This document shows positions 1 to 14,109 of a stretch of DNA of 64,000 nucleotides, piece after piece. Both the position numbers and the translations under genes were made by a program. The notes beneath the pieces were generated by a model. That model was not told the DNA's origin. It searched no databases and saw only the letters and a program-made list of their open reading frames with translations. Every line of letters begins with the position of its first letter. Positions within the stretch are counted from its first letter, which is position 1. The DNA comes from Sphagnum compactum (Eukaryota), in NCBI GenBank assembly GCA_965153455.1, contig OZ234493.1, forward strand, positions 6,872,213 through 6,936,212, given 5' to 3'.

Positions 1-1045
1 GGCACAGTTTACCTTGATGTGAACTACTCCTTTAAAATCTGTAAGGATTGGTAGTAGTGCCAGGACACATCTTCAACTAGGTACAAACAAACCAAGCATT
101 CGACTGTCAGGATCACTTCGGCAGGGCTGCCATCTCTGCATAATGCTAATCCATCAACAAACAGATTGCACATCCATGGAAAAAAAATTTCTCATTGCAG
201 CAGCAGCTCTGCACTTGAAGTTATAATGAGGAAGAAACCCTTTCACTACTGTTCAGTATCATCCATTCAGATGTGAAGTCTCTCCCAACCTTGGATCACA
301 CGAAGGGATGTGCACCCAATTTGCAACTCATGAAGAGCATGGGAGAATCCCAACAATGCTCCCTCACATTATCAAGCTGCCCCCAAAAGGTTGGTACCTA
401 GCTTTTGTTACTCTCTTCCAGTGGAGAATTTGGAGTGACTTTTCATCCTTTTAGACAGTCCCTTTGTATTCACTGAAGTTGATAGGAGCGTTTCTTCCAC
501 TTGTTCAGCAGTCCAGGCTTGCTGTCTGGTGCTGGCTCCTGAAAGGTTTGAGGAATCTACAGTGAGAAAATTCAGAGACAAATTAAGAATGGAGAAATGT
601 ATTAGAAGCATATGCACAGAGGTGTGCTTTCAAAGCCTGTTTTAAACTCACCAGATCAGTTCATTGTGTGAGTTTTGTGTGTAGAAGGGCATTTGCCCAA
701 ATAAAAATATCAGGAGATTTCCAGAGTGATGGTAAAACTAGAATGCTAGTAATTAGTGTTGTTCATCACCAGAATGTGCAATTAAATTGAATTTATTTCG
801 AGCATTTTATGGATTCCTGTTGATCCTCCTGTTGCAGTGCTGGGGGCAATCTTCATAGTTTGTGTTCAAGAGATTGATTTGTAGGCACAGGAAATTTCTC
901 CCTCTTTTGTTGTTTCTTGATCTATTTTGGGATGGATTCTTTGGTTCCCCTCCTGCTGCTACTTCGACTTTCCCCATTCACATTTTTGAGTGCAGTTTAT
1001 TTGTCACATGTGTGCCTTACATTTTTCTTGACCTTCTGTCACATT

Positions 1046-1309
1046 GCAGATGGTGAGCCAATTGAAACTGACATTGTGCATATGTCCATGCCACCCACTT
1101 TGGACGCCAAGAGCTAATGAACAATGTATGCATTTGGAAACCATATCCGTGTTGCAAGTGCTGAAGAACATTTAACAATAAGAGATAGTGGTGTGGCTGC
1201 TACATTTCAACAAGTATGTGTATCTAGACCAAGTGACCAAAGGCCCGTCCTTGCAAACCTAGAATATGTGGGCTCGGTTGAAGAAATACTAGATGTTGAA
1301 CTGCTTTAG
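1046..1309 (+). mobile_element. CACTA (En/Spm) transposase remnant
   Basis: A single frame broken by TAA TGA reads DGEPIETDIVHMSMPPTLDAKS**TMYAFGNHIRVASAEEHLTIRDSGVAATF..LEYVGSVEEIL. This resembles the C-terminal part of CACTA TnpD (xNGxxF..NSGV..YYGxIEEI). Confidence 0.7.
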
Positions 1310-2853
1310 AACTAAGATTGTCATGTTTTATCTCTAACATTGATTTCCAAGTACAATCTATCCTCAAAGGAGCATCAACAGACTTTAAACATATTGTCAC
1401 TATAGTTGTGCTATGTAAACATGGCATCTACCTTGGGGTTTCAGGAGTTGACATGTTCTTTCAACACTAACCTTGGAATCAATGCTTAGAGTGGGCAATG
1501 TAACCTTAATTTGCTTTTTTTTTTTGGGCTGGAACATAGTTGTTAGTCGATATTATAAGCTTGTTGTGGGTCATTGTTTCTTGGAATACGGTTATTGAAT
1601 AGTCAAGTAAAATCCCCATGATGGGTTTGCAAAAATTTAATTGTGCAGGTGACTGTATTCAGAAATTTGCTAGAGGAAATGTTACATCTGGTTGCTTGTT
1701 TTATTTTGTAAGGATTTGGTGTGCTTGGTATTGGCTTGAACAAATAGATAAACTATCTAGTTGTATGTGGAACCTCAAGAATGGTTGGATAATGGCCTAC
1801 TAACCTTTAGGGTATACACTATAAGGTGCATTATTGCGCTTTGGGTTATAGTATTATGCACAATGAATTTAGTTACTTGATGGGAGGGACACATTTGTCG
1901 TTTAGTCTAAGTGGACACTTTTTATATCAAGTCTAATTGTTGGGAACACAATTACTAGGAGTATGAACAGCATCGTGGAAAAAACCAAGGGTCTAGATTG
2001 CATGATCAATTTTGATCAAATGTGGGCCATCTATTTTCTAAGTTATTAATGTGATGTGAAGTAGCATGCATGGGTAAATTTAGTCATGTGATGTGTCATG
2101 CAAGTATCATGCACGACTATGTTTAGTTAAGGGATGTGCCACTCAATTGGCATGCATGACTACATTTAGTCAGCCATGATACTTACATGGCCTTTTCATT
2201 GCAATGTGCGACTAGTTGTAGTCATCTATGTTATCTATGTGGCCGTTCATACGTAATATACTACAAAAACTTTTTTTAAATTATGAATTTTTGTTACAAT
2301 TATTATTCTGTATTTTTATGGAATCTTTGAACGACCTCGTTTGCAAGTACCTATTGATCAAACATGCAAGATTTAACCTAATATTACAATTGAGTGCCCT
2401 AAAGTAGAGCTCGGCAAGGTGTGCAAATTTGAAAATCAAGTTGTTGCCTCATTCCTAGTCTTCGAACCATCAATTTAATTAGCAATAGATCCATCGCTTG
2501 AAGATGAAAATGTTTTGACACAAAACACCTTACCTTCTTTCATTCAATTTGATAACTTCTAAGAATTGGCCTGTGGAAATCTAAGCCTAACAATGAATTG
2601 GGCCCGATATGAAAAGTGGACCTACAAAAAACAACAATTTCAAAACGCAAAAGTTGAACTTGGAGTGTAGGGCGGCGAAGTTGATGATTTGGCAAACGTT
2701 GCCAATGGTGAAGAACACGTTTTTTCAGTTGCAAGTGGTCCCAACAGAACAAGTCTGTAGTCTTTTTTGAGTTTTGTTTAATGAGTTGTAAGCATATTAT
2801 GGAGTTTAAGGTTAATGTTTGAGTTGGTGGACTTCTTCTGATTTGGTTGTTGA

Positions 2854-3294
2854 GTGATAGGTGAGGAGGAATTGCGGCTATGTATCACTCGTGCAAAACT
2901 GATGTTGAATGTTGTAGAAGCAAAGTTAAATGGTGGCAATAAAAGGCAGGTTGAGGTTGAAACATCTGTGGCAAAAGCTATTAATCAAGTTCGAATTCGA
3001 ATGGCTCATATTACAACAACACAGAGGACAATTGATGCTAAAACAATCGAGTTGGCGACAACACGTGACAAGCATAAACAAAACATTCGGAATGAAATTG
3101 GCATGCAAAAAGATATGGTAACCTTGTTTGATGCCATGTTGGTAGATGCTGCTAACAAACTTCAAAAGCTTAATAGAGAAGTAGAGGTAGCCGATAGGAA
3201 TGTCTATGGGTTGGAGTTAGAAGTTGCAACTTATAGACGACATTTCACATTCCTAGAGGCACTCTTGCAGAAGGTCAAAAAAGGTGCAAACTGA
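2854..3294 (+). other. 146-codon open frame predicted coiled-coil; probably an exon of a TE accessory gene
   Basis: Heptad-like, K/E/Q/L-rich ORF with no ATG at the listed start. It is preceded by a T-rich tract and an AG acceptor-like site (TGATAG|GTGAG) and lies among CACTA-like debris. Confidence 0.35.
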
Positions 3295-6200
3295 ACTCCT
3301 TGTAGTCCTATAACAGTTGTATATATGTTTCAACGTAATGTGATCTCTATGAGTTTGTTTATTGACTTTAGATTAGAACTTGCATCCACCCCAATATTAT
3401 CCATAGAAACCCTAATGTTCTAAATCTCATCAAGTTTCTTATGGAACTCCGATTTCATTGACCTACATGTGGTGGCTACTGACTTCCCGACTTTTTTAGT
3501 AGAATTCATTACTAGTTCCCTAGTATTAACTTGTTTGAGGTTTGACTAAGGATTAAACATAACAAGCTAAAGCATGCAACTACATCTACAACTGGTAATG
3601 AAGATGATGTAGATGCCATTTTGGAGGATGAACCCTTTGATGACCTAGTACAACATACAAAGAAAAGAGGTCTCAATAGTAAATCAAAGGTTGGTGATGA
3701 GGTTGACCTTCTGGAAGACCCACCTACCCTTCAATGGAGGGTTGTAAAGAAACAGCCTTAATAAGGTGATGCAAATGGCAAGTCTTCAACAACCAGGAGA
3801 AACACTATAATGAAGGAGCCACTCTGATCGTGCTATCTATTGTGAATGATTCCATGGCAAAGGCCAGTCAACATGGAGAACAATCTGCTACCTGCTACCA
3901 TAATGTTCTATCAATTTTGAAGGTTTAAATGTATATACTATAAGGATGTTTAGTGCTAGATAAAATAAGTATGTACAAACCAATGCAGTTCCATATTGGC
4001 ATTGTGTACAAGTTGGTAATGATCTTTAGGTACAAGGAATTTTAAATGATCCACAAACATTTAGGAAGTTGTAAGATTTGGCTATTATGTGTTTTCAGAT
4101 TTGTTTTTTTACATGTATGTTGATTCCAACTTCCTACAATGTGCCATGGGTGCACATATCATGTCCGAACCAACAGTAACCAGGTTATTCTGTTGCTTTT
4201 CTACCACAATTTTTGGTTTTTTCTCCATAATGGCATCACAAACCGCTTGCCTAATGCGTTTTGTGTGAAATGAAAATTGGCCTTGATGTGTGGGTGTAGA
4301 ATTCATGAGGATGGGACATGTACAAGACTGGGACATCTTAATTGTTAATGAAAATTTAATCTACATTTGGTCAACTACAAAAAGGTAATTGTTCTTATAT
4401 GTGTTGACATATCATATTTACTTCCAATAGTTAAACTTGTTGCAATTTGATTATTAATGAATGGTTTTAGAGTAGGGGATATTGGGTGATATTTTTTGGC
4501 CCAACCTAAGGATGCCTAATTGTCTTGCAATTTTGATCTGAACTTTAAATAAGGACAACATGTTATTGATATGTTTAGAAAAAGCTTAAGATGGTTCGTT
4601 ACTACAAGTTTGACTTATGTTGGTTGTCTATGATAGCTTTTGTGCTGGGAGGAGATCATTTTGAATATAAAATTGAACTACTGTCCTTTTTCATTTATGT
4701 GTGCATATGACTTAATTGTAGTCTATTGAATTTCATGGCTATTCTTCTTTAGGGTTGTTTGGTCTATTGAATCTTGTATAAAATGAGTTGTATCATCCCT
4801 TGTCTATGTAGGTTTGTTGTATCCTCCAATTTATAGAACATTGTAGGTGTCTTGTAGAGTGTTGGAAGTTAGAAACATTAAGCTGATTATTAGATCTGCA
4901 AAGTAAGTTTCTCCCAAATCCTCCAATAAACCATTGCAATTTTCTTCCTTTTGAATGGGGATAACTTATTAGAAAAATGCCTAGTGTGGTTGGTGCCATG
5001 GTTAAATAGTTTGATAGGTTGAAAGGTTTGAGTTTTTTTGGGAGGTTGAAATGGAAATGCTAGTAAGAGCTAAGGGCTAGGAAGAGCAAGTAAATCATCT
5101 AAAATGAGATGTTGCTTCTTCCCATTTGTTATGTTGTGGAGGAACAGATATGAGACTGCATTCACATCCTAGCTACATCCAACTTATTAAGAGTCATTAT
5201 CCTTTACAAGGATGGTGACAATTGTGCTTTTTGGTATCTTGTACAAAGAGGACAAAGGCAACATGTTGCATTTGCCATTGAAAGGCATGCATATTCTCCT
5301 GCAAAGAACTATGAAATCATGCCATCCTTACATTGTCTATAACCTCCAGGTGAAATTTAACCTAGCCAAAATGTTCTTATCATCTTGAGTATTTTGTTCT
5401 TTATTTGTAGGTCGTTGCTAGAGTTCATTGTGAGCCATGGATTATAATTTAGCAAGTTGTTAAGTTTTAGTTCCATAATTCTCCTTAGTAATAATGATTT
5501 GAATCCTTATAAACCTCCAACTAGTAATTATTAATAGTTGAATCAACCTTTGGATATTTCCAAGCGTAGATAACTTTCTTATTAAATTGATGTAGCACTT
5601 AATTAATTTTAGAACCTAGTAAACCTTCCAGAGTGCATTATCCTTTTTATGTTGCAGAAAGGTGAAAAAGGATGTAGAATTAGATGTGGTTTTACTGATA
5701 TATTGGGAATACAAGCCCATAATTAACATTAGCATTTCGCCATGACAATATTAAATTAATTTATAGAATAATCTTCAGGCACTAATGATATACTTGTAAG
5801 TTTATAAGATGTAATCCTAAGACATCCTTATTCAATCTTCACTTTTATCAGGTTCCTAAATATAATCGAGATTGAATTTAGATACTAACATTTCCACCTA
5901 AGTAGCTTCAAGTGAATTACAACTTAATAAACAACTTAGAGGGGATAGATCACAACTGCAAAAAATCTAGAATGCAACGAATGGTGCGAACTAGGTATTC
6001 AGCTCGATGTTCCACGGAAAGGGGGTTGATTGGGCCTCGTAGCCAATGATAATGGCCATCACCAGGAACCCAAGTTCGACAATGAAGACAAACATCCTCA
6101 TCTTCACACTAACACTTTTAAAACCTTTTTAGCGCGGCTCCACGAGCAGGAACAAATTCTAAGTAGATTGCTAAGGCATGTGGGTTAGGAGACAATCGAC

Positions 6201-6497
6201 GATCCCATGCAAAACGATCGATTCGAATGCACACCACTCTTCTAGATGATTCTTTTTCACGCGATCTTTGGGAGACATTCATGTCAAATTGTGTTTTTTC
6301 AAATTCTTCCTCTTTTGTTGGTGCAACTAAAGGATTCGAAAGCGTAGTAGCATCATCCGCCATGACTGAATCCTCACCTGCATCAATAAAAACCAAAAAG
6401 GTAGCCGGAACAATTTGGTACTTGCATTCGAAAAGGGTCGATGCCTTTATTTAAGAAATTAGGGTAGGCGTAATGTGTGGCAGTGACGGCGAAACTT

Positions 6498-7620
6498 TAT
6501 GAAAACCCGGACATCCTAATTCCAATAAATTTGTGAAGCCCTAGTTTAGATGGTGGATTTAAAAATACATGAGAATTCTTGTAATGGAAATTTTAATTCC
6601 AATTTACTATGTACTACACAATTAATTAATACATGATAAGGAATACTAGGGATATTATAAGAGTAAATGGTATACGAAAATGTTACTATTACCATCAAGT
6701 TGATTTAATCAAGTGGGAACTCAAGGATGTTTATTTGTTACTATCGGTAAATTATCCTAATACTTGTTACTTGGAATAATTAAGATGAAAAAGTAGGATG
6801 TTAAAGTCAAACGAACAAAATTGATAATGATCGAGCTCAATAACCCCATCAAGATGTCAAAGATAAGGAAAAGGATGAGTCCTCTAATTCCATTGGTCAT
6901 GAGGATTATCATCTTATTTGATTAGAGGATGGAACCCTCTTAGTGTTTCATTGGGCACAAGAAATTTTCATCCTAAACTTCATTGGAGGGCAAATCAACC
7001 TCGATTCTCATTAGTTTATGAAGGATGAAGAGGCCATTGATTAAAGAGAATGATTTCCACAACTTCCATTGGACAAGGAAAACAAACTCAAGGAAGGGTC
7101 ATGGGAAGCTTGGGGAAAAAATGAGTTTTATCTTGTGTTTTCTTTGGAAGAGGAGGAGAAGGAGTGTGTGAGAGGAAAACTAGTTATTATGTGTGAAAAA
7201 GTGTTGTTCATGGAAAGAAATGTGTGCAACCAAAAGAGCATGGAAGGAAGTTGTGTGTAATAAGTAGTTGTAGTGGAGTTCATGAAATGATTTTCATGAA
7301 CAAGCCTTTAGATTCTTTTCCAAAAATAATTGTTCTTCTTAGATCCACCGTTGGATTTGTTTCAAACTTCAAACAATTTTAGTTTAAAAATTGTAAAACG
7401 TTGTTTCAAAATTTCAGCATCATCGGGGCCGCTGCAAGGGAGCTACACTTGCCAAAAGTAGAGGGGGTTGAAGTTGTCTTTTTTTTTCAAATTTGGTCAA
7501 AATAGCTTTTAGTTTTGAAGCATAACTTTTGGTTTCAGAAATAAAAACTTTAAAATTTTTGTAACATTGTTTTCTTAAAGATTAGCTTTCCAACAACTCT
7601 ATGCATGTTAGATTAGGAGA
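6498..7620. mobile_element. Possible LTR-retrotransposon LTR fragment
   Basis: Non-coding. Motifs such as GATCCACCGTTGGA, AGCATAACTTT and AGCTTTCCAAC are reminiscent of Ty3/gypsy LTR sequence. No second LTR or PBS was seen. Confidence 0.3.
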
Positions 7621-10259
7621 TTGTATGAAGACATTATGAAGAATGGAACGAAGGGGGTCAAGTATCAAGCGTGAACATTGATAAAACATCAACACAATGT
7701 TTTTTTCACATTTCATATGGTGAGTTTTGATTCTTCCCAAATGTCTTGGTATCCTCCAAGTGGACACAACGCATTAAATTCTTTAATGAATTTCATTACA
7801 TTATATTGAACCACCTTAACTTGTTAGAATACAACTACATAATAGTTCCACCCCCAAATGAGTTTTGTGAGTGCATATCTTCATGTAGAAGGGTGTGCAA
7901 GAATTACTCACATTCATATAATGTTTTTGTGGTCTCTATGAGTATGTAAAGTACATGTGTTGTCATTTTTTTGTCAAGTTGGTGTTATCTCAAATCTGGA
8001 ATTGGTGTCAAATTGAATGGTGTAGGTGATGGTGCCCCCATGTTATCAATACTACCACAACCAAAGATAAACTCTTCAAAAAAATAATGATATAATACAA
8101 CAAGGGTAAATGACGCTACTTTTCCTTACTATCCAATTGTTATAATCTCCTTGGCTGGACATAATGAAGACATAATTGCAATGGGTTATTAAATTTGTTG
8201 ATAAACTTTATAGTTTTTTCCTAATTTTATGTGTAGTTTGTTGTTGTATTAGGTTTTTTTGTGAAATCAGATTATCATAATGACATTATGGGGTAGTACA
8301 CATGAGGGCATCATCAAGAGTATGGGGTCCTAGTCAATTTAGACAATCAAGATGGGCAGTGGTGCAAGCTCAAGCCTGACTATTTGAACTTGGGATTATA
8401 TTTTGATTTTTTAACAATTGGTAAGAAGCTGTTTGATTGTCTCTCATTTAATTTTGGGGTGTTCTGCTTTTCCAATAAAGTCTATTTTCAAAGTTGTCCA
8501 AGAGACATTGATATTTTGCTCAATGCCATAGGATATCTATTACCTTGTTTTCCCCATGTCATGAAATAATTCTATCATAGTAGAGGGATGCACGGATGAA
8601 GGGAACGAGATAGGTTTTGGAGTGTTTGGTGATCAAGTCTACATTGTTTTTGGTAGGAGGATATTGTGGGTAAGGTTAGAAGGGAGGCTAGGTGCAACAT
8701 TCATGATTGCCTACCTACTTTTCTTAACGATGTAAAACATGAGTGAGTTCAAGTCTCCGCTGAAGTTTGCAATACTAACAACCAAATTGGTGTTGATCAA
8801 CATGGTTTGGGGTTTGCATGTTTGGCCAACATAAATCCATGACTAACTTCAATTTCCCCAAACTATATTTGTTTGCAACAAATGTTTTCAGTAGTCTCAT
8901 ATTTGCATATGACAAGGATGAAAGCAGATCACTTTGTCATATTTAAACCCCAGATCAAAAGCAAATGGGCTATTAATTTTGGTGATCAAGGTTGTATTCC
9001 TATAAATTGAACTCCTAGAAATTGCTTGATTTTGAATTGTGTCACCTGCATGTTTAGTTAGCAATTGGGACAATAGCATTAGGTTGAAGTAATTTTCTAT
9101 GTTGCAATTGATGAACACATAGTTTTGCATTTGTAGATTGTCTCAGATTAGTAGGCTATCGTGGACCAACTTGAACCAAGAATTGTACCTACCAGGTAAA
9201 TATTGTTTTTTATGCATGATTTGGCATCCTTGTGTGTTGTAATAAAGATGCAATATTTGACATTCCACTGGTCTCACTTACAACTTCTTTCATCGATCTT
9301 CGTCCCTTTTATGTCTTCTTAGCCCCCTTCAACCACACTAAGTCAAACAACTTTTTTTCCTCATGCATTTGAAGTGATAAATTTGATTGGAAATGATGCA
9401 CCAACGTTTGTTGCAACCAATGGTTTCTTTCGACGAAGGTTTATCAGGTAGGAGGTAAAATTAACATACCTTGTCTCCTCCATTCACAATATTCCACAAC
9501 ATCTAGGAATGTATATAATGTCAAAGAGAAAGGATAAACCATTTGATCTTGAGGTATTTGTCATTGACAATTTTTGTTATTTAACGAAATTGATTTGGTT
9601 TTTTCCTTGTACCATCTTCCATAATTTATCCCATGAACTGAGTTCTTCCTAATGATCCAATTCGAGTGTAGGATTGATCCAACTTCATGTTGGTGGTTTC
9701 ACCTACATGTATAACAATCTATGCAACAAATGTTGAAGGAGCAGTTCAGGAGGTATGGTTGAGACGTACAAAGCTAGTGACTTTGGCAAAGGTATGTGGT
9801 TTATAGATGTTGACTAAATGGTTGGTAGTGTAAAACAATGGCCTTCATAGTGTGGAAATGTAAAGTCTAGTCAACACATAGCTCATTTTGTTTTGGATGG
9901 GGCATGTTATTAAAATTGTTAATTGTAATGGTCTTTGACTCTTTCTTCTTTGTGTTGTATATTGCTCTATTGTGATTCTTATAGAAGATAAAAAATTTAA
10001 TCATATCTTCAATGTCACACCAAAACAAAGCAATTTAGAATTCTACATGTGTTTTGCATTATATTGTTAATTACATGGCAGGTGAATTGTCATTGTAGTC
10101 AAAATTACAAATGAAGTACTACTTGATAAATAATTTTAAAAAATAACATTACATAATTGACAAAATAGAGACATTATAATTGGAATCCCTTGACTAACTA
10201 TGTTATAATTTTAAAAACATGCACGTCATCAAGAAACACAAGGGCATAATTAATATATT

Positions 10260-11449
10260 GGACATGCCACAACAGTTGTTCGTAGTAGACCATATAGTAA
10301 AAAAAGACACCACATCAGCTAATGCAACTAGTTACATAGTTAGAATAGAATTGCCACATCACCAAATAACACTAGTAATTATAGTCAGAAGTGACATTGT
10401 ATCAACAAATGGAATTAATAGGCATAGTCAAAATGGACATGCCACATCAGCTAATGCAACTAGTTACATAGTTAGAATAGAATTGCCACATCACCAAATA
10501 ACACTAGTAATTATAGTCAGAAGTGACATTGTATCAACAAATGGAACTAATAGGCATAGTCAAAATGGACATGCCACATCAGTCGTCTATACTAATCCAT
10601 ATAGTTAGAAGAGAGACAACATCAGCAATTGGAACTAGTAGACATAGTTAGAATGGACATGCCACATTAGTTTGCACTAGTCCATATAGTCAGAAACGCC
10701 ACATCGGCTAATGGAACTAGCTAGCATAGTCAGAACGGACTTGCCACATCACCTAATAGTGATAGTAATTATAGTCAAAAGAGACACCACATCAACAAGT
10801 GGAACTAGTAGACATAATTAGAATGGACATGCCACATTAGTTGTTTGCACTAGTCCATATACTTAGAAGAGACACCACATCACTTAATGGAACTAGCTAA
10901 CATAGTTAGAACAGACTTACCACATCACCTAATAACAATAGTAATTATAGTTAGAAGAGACACCACATCACCAAGTAGAAATAGTAGGCATAGTTAGAAT
11001 GGACATGCCACGTTAATTGTCTGCACTAGTCCATATAGTCAGAAGAGATGCCACATCAAGTAATGGAACTAGTTGGCATAGTCAGAATGGATTCACCACA
11101 TCACCTAATAGCAATAGTAATTATAGTACAAAGAGACCACATTATCTAATAGAACTAGTAGGCATAATCAGAATGGACATGCCACATTAAATAGTAACAT
11201 TAGGCAATATACTCAAACCACCAGACATCCACATTGGCAGGTATCAACTAGTAGTATAGTCAAGAAAAACTTTACATGTTAGATAACATCAGTCATTTAG
11301 TTAGGGTGGACATGACTGAGCTACCCCCAAGTCCTTGTCTGAAACAACTGAGTCTTTTGATAATATAGTAATTAATCTTGTCTAGGGTAAAAAAATTACT
11401 ACTTTTTAATCATAAAAGACAACATAAAAGACATGGTTTTGTAGTAGTG
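10260..11449. mobile_element. CACTA right end: subterminal tandem array plus terminal inverted repeat
   Basis: About 20 degenerate ~44-bp monomers (CCACATCA..AATGGAACTAGT..CATAGT(C/T)AGAA) span 10260-11200. They are followed by TTTTGTAGTAGTG ending at 11449, which is CACTACTACAAAA on the minus strand. Confidence 0.75.
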
Positions 11450-12059
11450 AATACCTACCTAGGACATACCAACTAACTACCTAAATATGTATCATAACCA
11501 TTAAGTTTCAAAAAGTGGTTCACATTGGGAGGGGTGGGGCGAATTTACACTATAGTCATATTGCTTGGCTAGTCATGTAATCATGATGTTAGTCATGTAT
11601 TCATATAAATGATTGTACTTGGTTAATTGTATTTTTTTAATGTAACAATGTAAATGAGTATATGGTAGTTATGAACACATGACTAGATTGAAGGCATGGT
11701 TGCCAAGTGTTATCATAGTCAACCTTTTGACATAGTGGTGGTTTCGATGAGGTACCTCGTTTCCACAAGGAAATGTAGTTTTCAAAAGTATTTGTTTTTA
11801 GGAGGGGTGAGAATTGGGGGTTGACATCCCCTCCATTTATGATAGTACTTTGGATTCTTGACAAGAAGTCTACATCTCTAATATCATTTTTCATTTGATT
11901 TATTAAATCTCTCTAGATATTAGCCTCCTCTCAAACTTTATTTTTATCCAATATAGGTTTTCAATAGGGTTTTTCTAGTTATCCCTATTAACCTTTCATG
12001 CTATGGGTAAACCAAAGCATGATATTCCTCATTACCTTTTTTTTTCATTGGACTATTAT

Positions 12060-13310
12060 TACTCATGGTTTAGGTGCCCACAACAAGTCACATGGAATCC
12101 ATTTTTCAATCAAAACATTAATATTTGGTTTACAATTTTTTTGTCTATCGATAAGAATTATTTTATAGTGTGTGATTATAATCATTTCAGGATTATTTAA
12201 ATGCATTAAAAATGGATGAAGAAATTTACATACTTGTTTTGAAATCTAGATTAGAAAAGCCCACAATAATTTTAAAATGAAATCCAATAGACATATGTAC
12301 AAATTCATACAAAGTTTGTTTGATAAACTTTGGAAAGAGAATATTGTTGCACAATTCATATTAGATCCATATGACTTGGATATGGTTTTTTAAATGCCCA
12401 ACAAATGTTTGCAAAATTGGCTATTTACTTAATATTTTCACTACCATTGCATCACACATCGAGATCATTCCAATTCATTGATACTTCACTAGAAGATGAA
12501 AAAGACCTTCTAATTTGAACCTTCACCATATATATGGTGAAGAAATTACCATCATCTATCGCAAATATTCAATATCCATCAACTATCAATTAACCTACTT
12601 CAAGTTTACATCATCTTCCACTTTTTGAATTTGTTACAAATTATGCTATTAGAAGCTTCAAAAATTTTAAAAATTCAAAAAAATTGTCAAGCTGGCTTCA
12701 ACAAAGGTAAGGACTTTGAAAATTATTATAGAAAATTATTACTACTATTTTCACCATTTACAACATTTGAAATGTCCTAAAGGAAAAATTATTGTACTTG
12801 GCATGATTTTTATAAAATAAACAAATGCCCATTCAAATAATTCAAAAAGAATTTGTGAATAGTTTTGGTGCCTTTATTGCAAATACTATAAATGTTGATT
12901 GCAATGAAATACAAACTACAATTAACAAGTTGGCTATTGTCAAAAACAAGAAAAAATTATGGATGGAAATCTTTCAAAATTATGAGGCCAATGATTATTC
13001 AAGGACTAAAAAAATAATTTATGTATAAAAATTATCATATCAACTCTCCATGGTGTAAAAAAATGACGTATCTTTAAAATTCCATGTGAATCCAAAAACA
13101 AATAACACCAAGCAATTTTCAATTGATCCATTGCTAATGAAAGATGAAATTCATCCATCTTTTGTTTTTTTGACTATCATCCATTCCCTAAATGAAGAAC
13201 AACGTACAAATTTTTATGGCATTTTTGTATTAAAAAGTAAAAATCCAAATCAATTGCTATCTATATTTTAAACTAGTGGTGTGAAAACAAGAATTTTAAA
13301 AACTTTTCTT
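12060..13310 (+). mobile_element. Decayed Helitron Rep/helicase remnant
   Basis: Fragmented frames give KDFENYYRKLLLLFSPF (~12710-12760, like the Helitron ENYYRxxLxLxxPWR linker) and SLNEEQRTNF..KSKNPNQLLSIF then a degenerate Walker A region (Pif1-type LNxEQR..PLxLFLTGxAGTGKTF). Confidence 0.6.
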
Positions 13311-14109
13311 TTCATATATATCCCATTCATGCATTTTAACTGTCAAACAAGATGATCATAACGTGAACATCAAATCGACTACATGAACTTTCTTTTGTAA
13401 TGACAAATGACATGTAAAAGTATACCAACCATTGGACTTTTGTGCATTAATATAATTTTTTTTTGAAATGTGCTTGAAATCAATATGTGCATTTCATTGG
13501 ATTTTTGTACGTCAACATAAAAAAGGATCTTTGAAATGAATTTAAGATAAATATGTACATTTCATGGGATTGTTGTGCATCAACATAGAAAGGATCTTTG
13601 AAATATAATTGAAATAAATATGTGTTGTTCATTCGTGTTTTTTGAATAACTATAGGATTAAGGCATGCCATCATGTACTAAAGTAGTTGTAACCACTATT
13701 TAATATTCCATTTTTTAAAACAACACATTTTGGGTTTTGCAAATGACTTTTATAATTCCATTTTAGTCAGGAAAGGCATATGCAACTAGTGACTAATGAG
13801 TTGTAAAACCCATGTCATTTCACCCATTTAGTCACAAGGGATGTTCAATAGCAAAGTCTAGTTGTTTCAACAATTATGATTTTTTAATGTTTTTATAATA
13901 ATGAAATTCCATGTCATTATTAACTTTGATCTAACATGTAAAGTGCATGCTATCTCAACTTAGTTGTTTATTCAACTAAGTGTTACAAAAAATGCTTTGA
14001 TGGATGGATGACATGTGTCAAAAATCTATAAACACATGTTATGAGTCATTGCAAACTGTGGCTTAGGTATCATAGGTTGCAAGAGTGAAGACTTCAACCT
14101 TTCACCTTC

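Noticed and set aside
408..617. Minus-strand ORF with acceptor-like site near 558
   Set aside because: It could be an exon remnant, but I found no recognisable homology and no partner exons.
6118..6454. 92-aa and 75-aa overlapping ORFs in a CpG-rich patch
   Set aside because: No recognisable domain; probably TE-derived, so no product can be supported.
10260..11220. CRISPR-like regular array and 129-aa repetitive ORF
   Set aside because: Units are contiguous degenerate tandem monomers with no unique spacers, there are no cas genes, and the context is eukaryotic. The ORF is a by-product of a 132-bp duplication.
14085..14108. tRNA-Sec-like CTTCAA loop
   Set aside because: The rest of the tRNA-Sec structure is absent and the duplicate copy reads CTTGAA.
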